64,000 bases of DNA from Nemertoderma westbladi (GCA_032718475.1 JAUCBJ010008187.1:7269-71268), one strand, 5' to 3'. Positions 34,710 through 51,770 are shown, counted from the first letter of the stretch. Notes: generated from the sequence alone by a model not told the origin. Made by a program: numbers and translations.

Positions 34710-35885
34710 TAATTATGTAATTTGTTTCACCAATATTTATTTCACTTCTATAATAATTAATATTATGGAATATTAGGCGGAAAGATAGGTCACCTCCTTA
34801 GTTTAGTATAATATTTTTGGCTTTTAACAGCTTCTTCGATTTGACACTATTCTATGTTCGATATTTATTTGTGCCCCCGGTGCGGTAACCGTCTGTTTAC
34901 TGTTAACAGGTAACGATGGTTTACCGGTGGTTTTACAGTAATAATGTTTAGCTAATATGGGATATAATTATCTCACACTAACTGTGCATTCTTTATATTA
35001 GAATTAATCTCATTTGTCGATGTATATAATAATTTAATTTGTTTTTATTATTATTTAAAATTTCCTCATGCTTAGTTTTTAATGTCGTTTTTATTTTTTG
35101 TAAATTTTTTTTTATATTTCTATTTGGATATAATTTTGTGCTAACATATTCTGCAACTAACGTTAGCTTTCTTAGCTTTTTCTCTGACTGTGTAGTTAGT
35201 TATTGGCGCAACATATAACTTCATCATTAATTTTACACTGCAAGAGTTGCACCGACGGCTATTCCTCACCACCACTCTCTAGGAGGTAATAATTAGTTGC
35301 TGTCAGCTGTCTTTGTTTGTTTAAAATTGTATATTTCTTTTTAAGATCTAACATTTTAGTATGTGAGATTCCGGCCTACGGTTACAAAAAAATTCAGTTT
35401 TTTAATGATTCTAATACACATTTATGAATCGAACACTGAAAACATATTTCAAATCCATCAACGTGTAGTCGAGATATTGAGTTTTGACAATTAGCAGTCT
35501 CATGACCAACTATTAGCAAAGAAAAATCAATATGGGTTTTCTTGGTCAGTGATTTCATTTCCGATGTCTATTTTCACGTTTGACTGATTATTTAAGGTCT
35601 GCATATTTTTTGACAGACAGACTGACATACAGACGGACATACATACTAACTGCCATATAGACAGACTAAACTCTATCAAATATGAAATGTGACTTCGGAA
35701 ATGAAATCACCGTCCACGAAAAGCCCTAAAGTGAAACATTTTATTAGTTAAAATGTTTCCTTAATTTTTAACAGACAAACAGACAGACCAACAGACCGAC
35801 TAACTGACATTCAGACAGCCTAGATCCTGTCAAACCTGAAGTCGATATTGGAAATGGAATCACCTTCCAAGAAAACCCCCAAAGC

Positions 35886-37246
35886 AAAACATTTTGGTGG
35901 CTATCATGTTTCCCAAAACATTTTGGTGGCTATCATGTTTCCCAAAACATTTTGGTGGCTATCATGTTTCCCAAAACATTTTGGTGGCTATCATGTTTCC
36001 CAAAACATTTTGGTGGCTATCATGTTTCCCAAAACATTTTGGTGGCTATCATGTTTCCCAAAACATTTTGGTGGCTATCATGTTTCCCAAAACATTTTGG
36101 TGGCTATCATGTTTCCCAAAACATTTTGGTGGCTATCATGTTTCCCAAAACATTTTGGTGGCTATCATGTTTCCCAAAACATTTTGGTGGCTATCATGTT
36201 TCCCAAAACATTTTGGTGGCTATCATGTTTCCGAAAACATTTTGGTGGCTATCATGTTTCCCTAAACATTTTGGTGGCTATCATGTTTCCCAAAACATTT
36301 TGGTGGCTATCATGTTTCCCAAAACATTTTGGTGGCTATCATGTTTCCCAAAACATTTTGGTGGCTATCATGTTTCCCAAAACATTTTGGTGGCTATCAT
36401 GTTTCCCAAAACATTTTGGTGGCTATCATGTTTCCCAAAACATTTTGGTGGCTATCATGTTTCCCTAAACATTTTGGTGGCTATCATGTTTCCCAAAACA
36501 TTTTGGTGGCTATCATGTTTCCCAAAACATTTTGGTGGCTATCATGTTTCCCAAAACATTTTGGTGGCTATCATGTTTCCCAAAACATTTTGGTGGCTAT
36601 CATGTTTCCCAAAACATTTTGGTGGCTATCATGTTTCCCAAAACATTTTGGTGGCTATCATGTTTCCCTAAACATTTTGGTGGCTATCATGTTTCCCAAA
36701 ACATTTTGGTGGCTATCATGTTTCCCAAAACATTTTGGTGGCTATCATGTTTCCCAAAACATTTTGGTGGCTATCATGTTTCCCTAAACAGTTTGGTGGC
36801 TATCATGTTTCCCAAAACATTTTGGTGGCTATCATGTTTCCCAAAACATTTTGGTGGCTATCATGTTTCCCAAAACATTTTGGTGGCTATCATGTTTCCC
36901 AAAACATTTTGGTGGCTATCATGTTTCCCAAAACATTTTGGTGGCTATCATGTTTCCCTAAACATTTTGGTGGCTATCATGTTTCCCAAAACATTTTGGT
37001 GGCTATCATGTTTCCCAAAACATTTTGGTGGCTATCATGTTTCCCAAAACATTTTGGTGGCTATCATGTTTCCCAAAACATTTTGGTGGCTATCATGTTT
37101 CCCAAAACATTTTGGTGGCTATCATGTTTCCCAAAACATTTTGGTGGCTATCATGTTTCCCAAAACATTTTGGTGGCTATCATGTTTCCCAAAACATTTT
37201 GGTGGCTATCATGTTTCCCTAAACATTTTGGTGGCTATCATGTTTC
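35886..37246. repeat. 29-bp minisatellite, about 47 near-identical copies
   Basis: Unit aaaacattttggtggctatcatgtttccc. Confidence 0.98.
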
Positions 37247-37726
37247 ATGTTTCCCTAATTTTTGACAGACAAACAGACTGATTGACAGTCTAGAATCCTT
37301 CAGTCGTCTAAAGTAAAAATTTGAAATGAAATCACTGAACAGGAAATCTCATAGCGAAAATTATCCTGTAGGCCAAATACAATTACAGTATTTTGAAAAA
37401 GTAATGCCTATCTTACAAAGAATTGGCCACTACAAATTATAATAATTTCAATATTATTGAGGTCTACAAAAAATCAAATAACTCCAAAAGTAAAATAGAT
37501 GTGAAAATTTCGTTTACAGTTTTATAATTACCAAAAAATTACGTTCTAGAAGAAGTAAAAAAATTCGATTTTTTAAAACCAAATCAACTATTTTGACTTC
37601 AACCTCTAATTCACTGAAATTATATTTTGCAACGTTAGATCGATTTCTTGATCAAACTTCACATATATACCAATAAATAATTTGTTACATGGCATGATCT
37701 TGTTGACATGATCTTGTTGACATGGC

Positions 37727-40700
37727 AAAACATACCTCACATATTCTAGGACGATACAAAACATACCTCACATATTCTAGGTTGATACAAAACATACCTC
37801 ACATATTCTAGGTCGATACAAAACATACCTCACATATTCTAGGTAAATACAAAACATACCTCACATATTCTAGGTAAATACAAAACATACCTCACATATT
37901 CTAGGACGATACAAAACATACCTCACATATTCTAGGTAAATACAAAACATACCTCACATATTCTAGGTAAATACAAAACATCCTCACATATTCTAGGTAA
38001 ATACAAAACATACCTCACATATTCTAGGTAAATACAAAACATACCTCACATATTCTAGGTCGATACAAAACATACCTCACATATTCTAGGTCGATACAAA
38101 ACATACCTCACATATTCTAGGTCGATACAAAACATACCTCACATATTCTAGGTAAATACAAAACATACCTCACATATTCTAGGTCGATACAAAACATACC
38201 TCACATATTCTAGGACGATACAAAACATACCTCACATATTCTAGGTAAATACAAAACATACCTCACATATTCTAGGTCGATACAAAACATACCTCACATA
38301 TTCTAGGTCGATACAAAACATACCTCACATATTCTAGGACGATACAAAACATACCTCACATATTCTAGGACGATACAAAACATACCTCACATATTCTAGG
38401 TCGATACAAAACATCCTCACATATTCTAGGTCGATACAAAACATACCTCACATATTCTAGGTCGATACAAAACATACCTCACATATTCTAGGTCGATACA
38501 AAACATACCTCACATATTCTAGGTCGATACAAAACATACCTCACATATTCTATGTCGATACAAAACATCCTCACATATTCTAGGTCGATACAAAACATAC
38601 CTCACATATTCTAGGTCGATACAAAACATACCTCACATATTCTAGGTCGATACAAAACATACCTCACATATTCTAGGTCGATACAAAACATACCTCACAT
38701 ATTCTAGGTCGATACAAAACATACCTCACATATTCTAGGTCGATACAAAACATACCTCACATATTCTAGGTCGATACAAAACATACCTCACATATTCTAG
38801 GTAAATACAAAACATACCTCACATATTCTAGGTCGATACAAAACATACCTCACATATTCTAGGTCGATACAAAACATACCTCACATATTCTAGGTCGATA
38901 CAAAACATACCTCACATATTCTAGGTCGATACAAAACATACCTCACATATTCTAGGTCGATACAAAACATACCTCACATATTCTAGGTCGATACAAAACA
39001 TACCTCACATATTCTAGGACGATACAAAACATACCTCACATATTCTAGGTAAATACAAAACATACCTCACATATTCTAGGTCGATACAAAACATACCTCA
39101 CATATTCTATGTCGATACAAAACATCCTCACATATTCTAGGTCGATACAAAACATACCTCACATATTCTAGGTCGATACAAAACATACCTCACATATTCT
39201 AGGTCGATACAAAACATACCTCACATATTCTAGGTCGATACAAAACATACCTCACATATTCTAGGTAAATACAAAACATACCTCACATATTCTAGGTCGA
39301 TACAAAACATACCTCACATATTCTAGGACGATACAAAACATACCTCACATATTCTAGGTAAATACAAAACATACCTCACATATTCTAGGTCGATACAAAA
39401 CATACCTCACATTAGGTAAATACAAAACATACCTCACATATTCTAGGACGATACAAAACATACCTCACATATTCTAGGACGATACAAAACATACCTCACA
39501 TATTCTAGGTAAATACAAAACATACCTCACATATTCTAGGTCGACACAAAACATACCTCACATATTCTAGGTCGATACAAAACATACCTCACATATTCTA
39601 GGTCGATACAAAACATCCTCACATATTCTAGGTCGATACAAAACATACCTCACATATTCTAGGTCGATACAAAACATACCTCACATATTCTAGGTCGATA
39701 CATAACATACCTCACATATTCTAGGTCGATACAAAACATACCTCACATATTCTAGGTCGATACAAAACATACCTCACATATTCTAGGTCGATACAAAACA
39801 TACCTCACATATTCTAGGTCGATACAAAACATACCTCACATATTCTAGGTCGATACAAAACATACCTCACATATTCTAGATCGATACAAAACATACCTCA
39901 CATATTCTAGGTCGATACAAAACATACCTCACATATTCTAGGTCGATACAAAACATACCTCACATATTCTATGTCGATACAAAACATCCTCACATATTCT
40001 AGGTCGATACAAAACATACCTCACATATTCTAGGTCGATACAAAACATACCTCACATATTCTAGGTAAATACAAAACATACCTCACATATTCTAGGTCGA
40101 TACAAAACATACCTCACATATTCTAGGTCGATACAAAACATACCTCACATATTCTATGTCGATACAAAACATCCTCACATATTCTAGGTCGATACAAAAC
40201 ATACCTCACATATTCTAGGTCGATACAAAACATCCTCACATATTCTAGGTAAATACAAAACATACCTCACATATTCTAGGTCGATACAAAACATACCTCA
40301 CATATTCTAGGTCGATACAAAACATACCTCACATATTCTAGGTCGATACAAAACATACCTCACATATTCTAGGTCGATACAAAACATCCTCACATATTCT
40401 AGGACGATACAAAACATACCTCACATATTCTAGGTCGATACAAAACATCCTCACATATTCTAGGTCGATACAAAACATACCTCACATATTCTAGGTCGAT
40501 ACAAAACATACCTCACATATTCTAGGTCGATACAAAACATACCTCACATATTCTAGGACGATACAAAACATACCTCACATATTCTAGGTCGATACAAAAC
40601 ATACCTCACATATTCTAGGTCGATACAAAACATCCTCACATATTCTAGGTAAATACAAAACATACCTCACATATTCTAGGTCGATACAAAACATCCTCAC

Positions 40701-43700
40701 ATATTCTAGGTCGATACAAAACATACCTCACATATTCTAGGTCGATACAAAACATACCTCACATATTCTAGGTCGATACAAAACATCCTCACATATTCTT
40801 GGACGATACAAAACATACCTCACATATTCTAGGTAAATACAAAACATACCTCACATATTCTAGGTCGATACAAAACATACCTCACATATTCTAGGTCGAT
40901 ACAAAACATCCTCACATATTCTAGGTAAATACAAAACATACCTCACATATTCTAGGTCGATACAAAACATACCTCACATATTCTAGGTCGATACAAAACA
41001 TCCTCACATATTCTAGGTAAATACAAAACATACCTCACATATTCTAGGTCGATACAAAACATACCTCACATATTCTAGGTCGATACAAAACATCCTCACA
41101 TATTCTAGGACGATACAAAACATACCTCACATATTCTAGGTCGATACAAAACATACCTCACATATTCTAGGTCGATACAAAACATACCTCACATATTCTA
41201 GGTCGATACAAAACATACCTCACATATTCTAGGTCGATACAAAACATCCTCACATATTCTAGGTAAATACAAAACATACCTCACATATTCTAGGTCGATA
41301 CAAAACATCCTCACATATTCTAGGTCGATACAAAACATACCTCACATATTCTAGGTCGATACAAAACATACCTCACATATTCTAGGTCGATACAAAACAT
41401 ACCTCACATATTCTAGGTCGATACAAAACATACCTCACATATTCTAGGTCGATACAAAACATACCTCACATATTCTAGGTCGATACAAAACATCCTCACA
41501 TATTCTAGGTAAATACAAAACATACCTCACATATTCTAGGTCGATACAAAACATACCTCACATATTCTAGGTCGATACAAAACATACCTCACATATTCTA
41601 GGTCGATACAAAACATCCTCACATATTCTAGGTCGATACAAAACATCCTCACATATTCTAGGTCGATACAAAACATACCTCACATATTCTAGGACGATAC
41701 AAAACATCCTCACATATTCTAGGTCGATACAAAACATCCTCACATATTCTAGGTCGATACAAAACATACCTCACATATTCTAGGTCGATACAAAACATAC
41801 CTCACATATTCTAGGTCGATACAAAACATCCTCACATATTCTAGGTAAATACAAAACATACCTCACATATTCTAGGTCGATACAAAACATACCTCACATA
41901 TTCTAGGTCGATACAAAACATACCTCACATATTCTAGGTCGATACAAAACATACCTCACATATTCTAGGTCGATACAAAACATACCTCACATATTCTAGG
42001 TCGATACAAAACATCCTCACATATTCTAGGTAAATACAAAACATACCTCACATATTCTAGGTCGATACAAAACATACCTCACATATTCTAGGTCGATACA
42101 AAACATACCTCACATATTCTAGGTCGATACAAAACATCCTCACATATTCTAGGTCGATACAAAACATCCTCACATATTCTAGGTCGATACAAAACATACC
42201 TCACATATTCTAGGTCGATACAAAACATCCTCACATATTCTAGGTCGATACAAAACATCCTCACATATTCTAGGTCGATACAAAACATACCTCACATATT
42301 CTAGGTCGATACAAAACATACCTCACATATTCTAGGTCGATACAAAACATACCTCACATATTCTAGGTCGATACAAAACATACCTCACATATTCTAGGTC
42401 GATACAAAACATCCTCACATATTCTAGGTCGATACAAAACATACCTCACATATTCTAGGTCGATACAAAACATACCTCACATATTCTAGGTAAATACAAA
42501 ACATACCTCACATATTCTAGGTCGACACAAAACATACCTCACATATTCTAGGTCGATACAAAACATACCTCACATATTCTAGGTCGATACAAAACATCCT
42601 CACATATTCTAGGTCGATACAAAACATACCTCACATATTCTAGGTCGATACAAAACATACCTCACATATTCTAGGTCGATACATAACATACCTCACATAT
42701 TCTAGGTCGATACAAAACATACCTCACATATTCTAGGTCGATACAAAACATACCTCACATATTCTAGGTCGATACAAAACATACCTCACATATTCTAGGT
42801 CGATACAAAACATACCTCACATATTCTAGGTCGATACATAACATACCTCACATATTCTAGGTCGATACAAAACATACCTCACATATTCTAGGTCGATACA
42901 AAACATACCTCACATATTCTAGGTAAATACAAAACATACCTCACATATTCTAGGTCGATACAAAACATACCTCACATATTCTATGTCGATACAAAACATC
43001 CTCACATATTCTAGGTCGATACAAAACATACCTCACATATTCTAGGTCGATACAAAACATACCTCACATATTCTAGGTCGATACAAAACATACCTCACAT
43101 ATTCTAGGTCGATACAAAACATCCTCACATATTCTAGGTAAATACAAAACATCCTCACATATTCTAGGACGATACAAAACATACCTCACATATTCTAGGT
43201 CGATACAAAACATACCTCACATATTCTAGGTCGATACAAAACATACCTCACATATTCTAGGTCGATACAAAACATCCTCACATATTCTAGGTAAATACAA
43301 AACATACCTCACATATTCTAGGTCGATACAAAACAGACCTCACATATTCTAGGTCGATACAAAACATACCTCACATATTCTAGGTAAATACAAAACATAC
43401 CTCACATATTCTAGGTCGATACAAAACATACCTCACATATTCTAGGTAAATACAAAACATACCTCATATATTCTAGGTCGATACAAAACATACCTCACAT
43501 ATTCTAGGACGATACAAAACATACCTCACATATTCTAGGTCGATACAAAACATACCTCACATATTCTAGGTAAATACAAAACATACCTCACATATTCTAG
43601 GTCGATACAAAACATACCTCACATATTCTAGGTCGATACAAAACATCCTCACATATTCTAGGTCGATACAAAACATACCTCACATATTCTAGGTAAATAC

Positions 43701-46700
43701 AAAACATACCTCACATATTCTAGGTCGATACAAAACATACCTCACATATTCTAGGTCGATACAAAACATCCTCACATATTCTAGGTCGATACAAAACATA
43801 CCTCACATATTCTAGGTCGATACAAAACATACCTCACATATTCTAGGTCGATACAAAACATACCTCACATATTCTAGGTCGATACAAAACATACCTCACA
43901 TATTCTAGGTCGATACAAAACATACCTCACATATTCTAGGTCGATACAAAACATCCTCACATATTCTAGGTAAATACAAAACATACCTCACATATTCTAG
44001 GTCGATACAAAACATACCTCACATATTCTAGGTCGATACAAAACATACCTCACATATTCTAGGTCGATACAAAACATCCTCACATATTCTAGGTCGATAC
44101 AAAACATCCTCACATATTCTAGGTCGATACAAAACATACCTCACATATTCTAGGACGATACAAAACATCCTCACATATTCTAGGTCGATACAAAACATCC
44201 TCACATATTCTAGGTCGATACAAAACATACCTCACATATTCTAGGTCGATACAAAACATACCTCACATATTCTAGGTCGATACAAAACATCCTCACATAT
44301 TCTAGGTAAATACAAAACATACCTCACATATTCTAGGTCGATACAAAACATACCTCACATATTCTAGGTCGATACAAAACATACCTCACATATTCTAGGT
44401 CGATACAAAACATACCTCACATATTCTAGGTCGATACAAAACATACCTCACATATTCTAGGTCGATACAAAACATCCTCACATATTCTAGGTAAATACAA
44501 AACATACCTCACATATTCTAGGTCGATACAAAACATACCTCACATATTCTAGGTCGATACAAAACATACCTCACATATTCTAGGTCGATACAAAACATCC
44601 TCACATATTCTAGGTCGATACAAAACATCCTCACATATTCTAGGTCGATACAAAACATACCTCACATATTCTAGGTCGATACAAAACATCCTCACATATT
44701 CTAGGTCGATACAAAACATCCTCACATATTCTAGGTCGATACAAAACATACCTCACATATTCTAGGTCGATACAAAACATACCTCACATATTCTAGGTCG
44801 ATACAAAACATACCTCACATATTCTAGGTCGATACAAAACATACCTCACATATTCTAGGTCGATACAAAACATACCTCACATATTCTAGGTAAATACAAA
44901 ACATACCTCACATATTCTAGGTCGATACAAAACATACCTCACATATTCTAGGTCGATACAAAACATCCTCACATATTCTAGGTCGATACAAAACATACCT
45001 CACATATTCTAGGTAGATACAAAACATACCTCACATATTCTAGGTCGATACAAAACATACCTCACATATTCTAGGTCGATACAAAACATCCTCACATATT
45101 CTAGGTCGATACAAAACATACCTCACATATTCTAGGTCGATACAAAACATACCTCACATATTCTAGGTCGATACAAAACATACCTCACATATTCTAGGTC
45201 GATACAAAACATACCTCACATATTCTAGGTCGATACAAAACATACCTCACATATTCTAGGTCGATACAAAACATCCTCACATATTCTAGGTCAATACAAA
45301 ACATACCTCACATATTCTAGGTCGATACAAAACATACCTCACATATTCTAGGTCGATACAAAACATACCTCACATATTCTAGGTCGATACAAAACATCCT
45401 CACATATTCTAGGTCGATACAAAACATCCTCACATATTCTAGGTCGATACAAAACATACCTCACATATTCTAGGTCGATACAAAACATCCTCACATATTC
45501 TAGGTCGATACAAAACATCCTCACATATTCTAGGTCGATACAAAACATACCTCACATATTCTAGGTCGATACAAAACATACCTCACATATTCTAGGTCGA
45601 TACAAAACATCCTCACATATTCTAGGTAGATACAAAACATACCTCACATATTCTAGGTCGATACAAAACATACCTCACATATTCTAGGTCGATACAAAAC
45701 ATACCTCACATATTCTAGGTCGATACAAAACATACCTCACATATTCTAGGTCGATACAAAACATACCTCACATATTCTAGGTCGATACAAAACATCCTCA
45801 CATATTCTAGGTAAATACAAAACATACCTCACATATTCTAGGTCGATACAAAACATACCTCACATATTCTAGGTCGATACAAAACATACCTCACATATTC
45901 TAGGTCGATACAAAACATCCTCACATATTCTAGGTCGATACAAAACATACCTCACATATTCTAGGTCGATACAAAACATACCTCACATATTCTAGGTCGA
46001 TACAAAACATCCTCACATATTCTAGGTCGATACAAAACATCCTCACATATTCTAGGTCGATACAAAACATACCTCACATATTCTAGGTCGATACAAAACA
46101 TACCTCACATATTCTAGGTCGATACAAAACATACCTCACATATTCTAGGTCGATACAAAACATACCTCACATATTCTAGGTCGATACAAAACATCCTCAC
46201 ATATTCTAGGTCGATACAAAACATACCTCACATATTCTAGGTCGATACAAAACATACCTCACATATTCTAGGTAAATACAAAACATACCTCACATATTCT
46301 AGGTCGATACAAAACATACCTCACATATTCTAGGTCGATACAAAACATACCTCACATATTCTAGGTCGATACAAAACATCCTCACATATTCTAGGTCGAT
46401 ACAAAACATACCTCACATATTCTAGGTCGATACAAAACATACCTCACATATTCTAGGTCGATACAAAACATACCTCACATATTCTAGGTCGATACAAAAC
46501 ATACCTCACATATTCTAGGTCGATACAAAACATACCTCACATATTCTAGGTCGATACAAAACATACCTCACATATTCTAGGTCCATACAAAACATACCTC
46601 ACATATTCTAGGTCGATACAAAACATACCTCACATATTCTAGGTCGATACAAAACATACCTCACATATTCTAGGTAAATACAAAACATACCTCACATATT

Positions 46701-49700
46701 CTAGGTCGATACAAAACATACCTCACATATTCTAGGTCGATACAAAACATCCTCACATATTCTAGGTCGATACAAAACATACCTCACATATTCTAGGTCG
46801 ATACAAAACATACCTCACATATTCTAGGTCGATACAAAACATACCTCACATATTCTAGGTCGATACAAAACATACCTCACATATTCTAGGTCGATACAAA
46901 ACATACCTCACATATTCTAGGTCGATACAAAACATACCTCACATATTCTAGGTCGATACAAAACATACCTCACATATTCTAGGTAAATACAAAACATACC
47001 TCACATATTCTAGGTAAATACAAAACATACCTCACATATTCTAGGTCGATACAAAACATACCTCACATATTCTAGGTCGATACAAAACATACCTCACATA
47101 TTCTAGGTCGATACAAAACATACCTCACATATTCTAGGTCGATACAAAACATACCTCACATATTCTAGGTCGATACAAAACATACCTCACATATTCTAGG
47201 TCGATACAAAACATACCTCACATATTCTAGGTCGATACAAAACATACCTCACATATTCTAGGTCGATACAAAACATACCTCACATATTCTAGGTCGATAC
47301 AAAACATACCTCACATATTCTAGGTCGATACAAAACATACCTCACATATTCTAGGTCGATACAAAACATACCTCACATATTCTAGGTCGATACAAAACAT
47401 ACCTCACATATTCTAGGTCGATACAAAACATACCTCACATATTCTAGGTAAATACAAAACATACCTCACATATTCTAGGACGATACAAAACATCCTCACA
47501 TATTCTAGGTAAATACAAAACATCCTCACATATTCTAGGACGATACAAAACATCCTCACATATTCTAGGTAAATACAAAACATCCTCACATATTCTAGGA
47601 CGATACAAAACATACCTCACATATTCTAGGTCGATACAAAACATACCTCACATATTCTAGGTAAATACAAAACATACCTCACATATTCTAGGTCGATACA
47701 AAACATACCTCACATATTCTAGGTAAATACAAAACATACCTCACATATTCTAGGTCGATACAAAACATACCTCACATATTCTAGGACGATACAAAACATA
47801 CCTCACATATTCTAGGTCGATACATAACATACCTCACATATTCTAGGTCGATACAAAACATACCTCACATATTCTAGGACGATACAAAACATACCTCACA
47901 TATTCTAGGTCGATACAAAACATACCTCACATATTCTAGGTCGATACAAAACATACCTCACATATTCTAGGTAAATACAAAACATACCTCACATATTCTA
48001 GGACGATACAAAACATACCTCACATATTCTAGGTCGATACAAAACATACCTCACATATTCTAGGTCGATACAAAACATACCTCACATATTCTAGGTAAAT
48101 ACAAAACATACCTCACATATTCTAGGACGATACAAAACATACCTCACATATTCTAGGACGATACAAAACATACCTCACATATTCTAGGTCGATACAAAAC
48201 ATACCTCACATATTCTAGGTCGATACAAAACATACCTCACATATTCTAGGTCGATACAAAACATACCTCACATATTCTAGGTCGATACAAAACATACCTC
48301 ACATATTCTAGGTAAATACAAAACATACCTCACATATTCTAGGTAGATACAAAACATACCTCACATATTCTAGGTCGATACAAAACATACCTCACATATT
48401 CTAGGTCGATACAAAACATACCTCACATATTCTAGGTCGATACAAAACATACCTCACATATTCTAGGTCGATACAAAACATACCTCACATATTCTAGGTC
48501 GATACAAAACATACCTCACATATTCTAGGTCGATACAAAACATACCTCACATATTCTAGGTCGATACAAAACATACCTCACATATTCTAGGTCGATACAA
48601 AACATACCTCACATATTCTAGGTCGATACAAAACATACCTCACATATTCTAGGTCGATACAAAACATACCTCACATATTCTAGGTCGATACAAAACATAC
48701 CTCACATATTCTAGGTCGATACAAAACATACCTCACATATTCTAGGTCGATACAAAACATACCTCACATATTCTAGGTAAATACAAAACATACCTCACAT
48801 ATTCTAGGACGATACAAAACATCCTCACATATTCTAGGTAAATACAAAACATCCTCACATATTCTAGGACGATACAAAACATCCTCACATATTCTAGGTA
48901 AATACAAAACATCCTCACATATTCTAGGACGATACAAAACATACCTCACATATTCTAGGTCGATACAAAACATACCTCACATATTCTAGGTAAATACAAA
49001 ACATACCTCACATATTCTAGGTCGATACAAAACATACCTCACATATTCTAGGTAAATACAAAACATACCTCACATATTCTAGGTCGATACAAAACATACC
49101 TCACATATTCTAGGACGATACAAAACATACCTCACATATTCTAGGTCGATACATAACATACCTCACATATTCTAGGTCGATACAAAACATACCTCACATA
49201 TTCTAGGACGATACAAAACATACCTCACATATTCTAGGTCGATACAAAACATACCTCACATATTCTAGGTCGATACAAAACATACCTCACATATTCTAGG
49301 TAAATACAAAACATACCTCACATATTCTAGGACGATACAAAACATACCTCACATATTCTAGGTCGATACAAAACATACCTCACATATTCTAGGTCGATAC
49401 AAAACATACCTCACATATTCTAGGTAAATACAAAACATACCTCACATATTCTAGGACGATACAAAACATACCTCACATATTCTAGGACGATACAAAACAT
49501 ACCTCACATATTCTAGGTCGATACAAAACATACCTCACATATTCTAGGTCGATACAAAACATACCTCACATATTCTAGGTAAATACAAAACATACCTCAC
49601 ATATTCTAGGACGATACAAAACATACCTCACATATTCTAGGACGATACAAAACATACCTCACATATTCTAGGTCGATACAAAACATACCTCACATATTCT

Positions 49701-50130
49701 AGGTCGATACAAAACATACCTCACATATTCTAGGTCGATACAAAACATACCTCACATATTCTAGGTAAATACAAAACATACCTCACATATTCTAGGTCGA
49801 TACAAAACATACCTCACATATTCTAGGTAAATACAAAACATACCTCACATATTCTAGGACGATACAAAACATACCTCACATATTCTAGGACGATACAAAA
49901 CATACCTCACATATTCTAGGTCGATACAAAACATCCTCACATATTCTAGGTAAATACAAAACATACCTCACATATTCTAGGACGATACAAAACATACCTC
50001 ACATATTCTAGGTAAATACAAAACATACCTCACATATTCTAGGTAAATACAAAACATACCTCACATATTCTAGGTCGATACAAAACATACCTCACATATT
50101 CTAGGTAAATACAAAACATACCTCACATAT
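37727..50130. repeat. 12.4-kb satellite array, 31-bp unit (30-bp deletion variants), about 400 copies
   Basis: Unit aaaacatacctcacatattctaggtcgatac with recurring variants (gtaaatac, ggacgatac, acatcctc). Confidence 0.99.
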
Positions 50131-50309
50131 TTGGCAGAATTTTTAGCATTGCTTAATCACAATTACTATGATATTTCAAAGGAAAGACAACATGACCATT
50201 TTTAATCTATTTTACTTTGTTGATTTAATATACGTGCAAATTTAATTTATTTAATTTAATTTATTTACTTATTATGCTTCCAAATGTTTGGAAATTACAG
50301 TCTCATATA

Positions 50310-51735
50310 CTAGTGACGGGCCTAGCGGCCCGATAAGGAACCGACTTTTTATTTTAAATAAAATAAAAGAGACAACGAGAATTAGTATAGAACTAATAAT
50401 TATCTAAAAATACAATCATATTTCATACAATAATTATTAATAAATTCGATCTATTATTAGTTGCTCAATTCTAGAACAAAATCGACCTGCAACTAGTGAA
50501 GACCTCGTTTTGGAATTTCGAAACCACGCTGGTGCGATGCGCGATATCGTGTTTAGTTAATTAATTGAAAACTCCATCAATTCATGTGCAATCAGTAATA
50601 AGAAATCGCTATAAATGTAATTAAATAAAAATTATTCTAGAAAAATTTTCTTCAAAAGTATGAAATCTTGGCATTGGTGACGCGAAACTAGGCTAGTGAG
50701 ATTCAGGATATTGCGTTTAATATAAAAATCGAAAACGCTATCGAATTCCGTAAAGGCGTTAATAAAATACTGCAACTTTTTTGAAATTTGTAAAATTCTA
50801 GAACTAGAAAAAAATAATTTTTGAACGGCGCTGTTTGGGGTTTCGAAACATGGATAGGCTGAAAGAGGACATCGAATTAAGTTTAAAAATGAAAACCCCA
50901 TCGAATTGGACAAAGCGTTCAGGAGTTATAGCGGATCGAAAAAAATTTACCCCCCCCAGTCGCCAAAAATTTACAGTAATTTAAAATTTTGCAAAATAAA
51001 TTTTTTGCGTTATTTTTGATGGTGAATCGATTGGCAGTACTTGCTACGAAAATTTTTTTTTGAAATTTTTGGTCAGAAAAAAAAACATGGAAAAAGTATA
51101 TTTTTAAAAAGATTTGACGTCTTTGCCTATGGTCAGAGAATGATCCAACTCTGTACTTGGCAATCGCTCAAATCCATTCAGCTGAATGGCACAGTAGAGT
51201 AAACTAAAGTAAATTCCCTATACAATGTTCTGAAGGGGATACTGACAGAGAGTATTCCAACAATAAAACATTTTGCAATAATGTTGGCATTAATGTAGCC
51301 AACGCACTGTGTACTTAAGTCATTCAGCTTACATTAGCAGAGTGAGATATTCGCATAGAACGCATTGGGAAGAGTAATTCAGCTGAGGCGATATTAGATT
51401 TCAAACTAAACCAACGAGTTAATGTTTGCTTTGACAGAGAGTGGTGGCCTATACAAACAGTATGGGTGTACTGAGTATAATAATCTTGGCAACCTCATCG
51501 ATTTATACTAAGCCTTGTGTAGAAATGCATTACATAAGCCATTTTTCATCAGGACACCAGCTGTCATGGGTGTTATTTTACCATTGCGCCTATGGCGTTT
51601 TTTCGTTTATGTCTATTTTTCGAGCCCACGGCTCATGGACGAAATAGCGGAACATACCAGGGACCTTAGAATCGCGGTATCTAGCCGCTGTGAAAATTTC
51701 ATCAAAATCGTTAGAGTAGTTTTGGCTGTAGATCA

Positions 51736-51770
<35 letters not shown>

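Noticed and set aside
35848-37281. ORFs of 65-249 aa in the 29-bp array, and 66-aa ORFs in the 31-bp array
   Set aside because: Translations of satellite DNA cycling through frames; no unique coding sequence.
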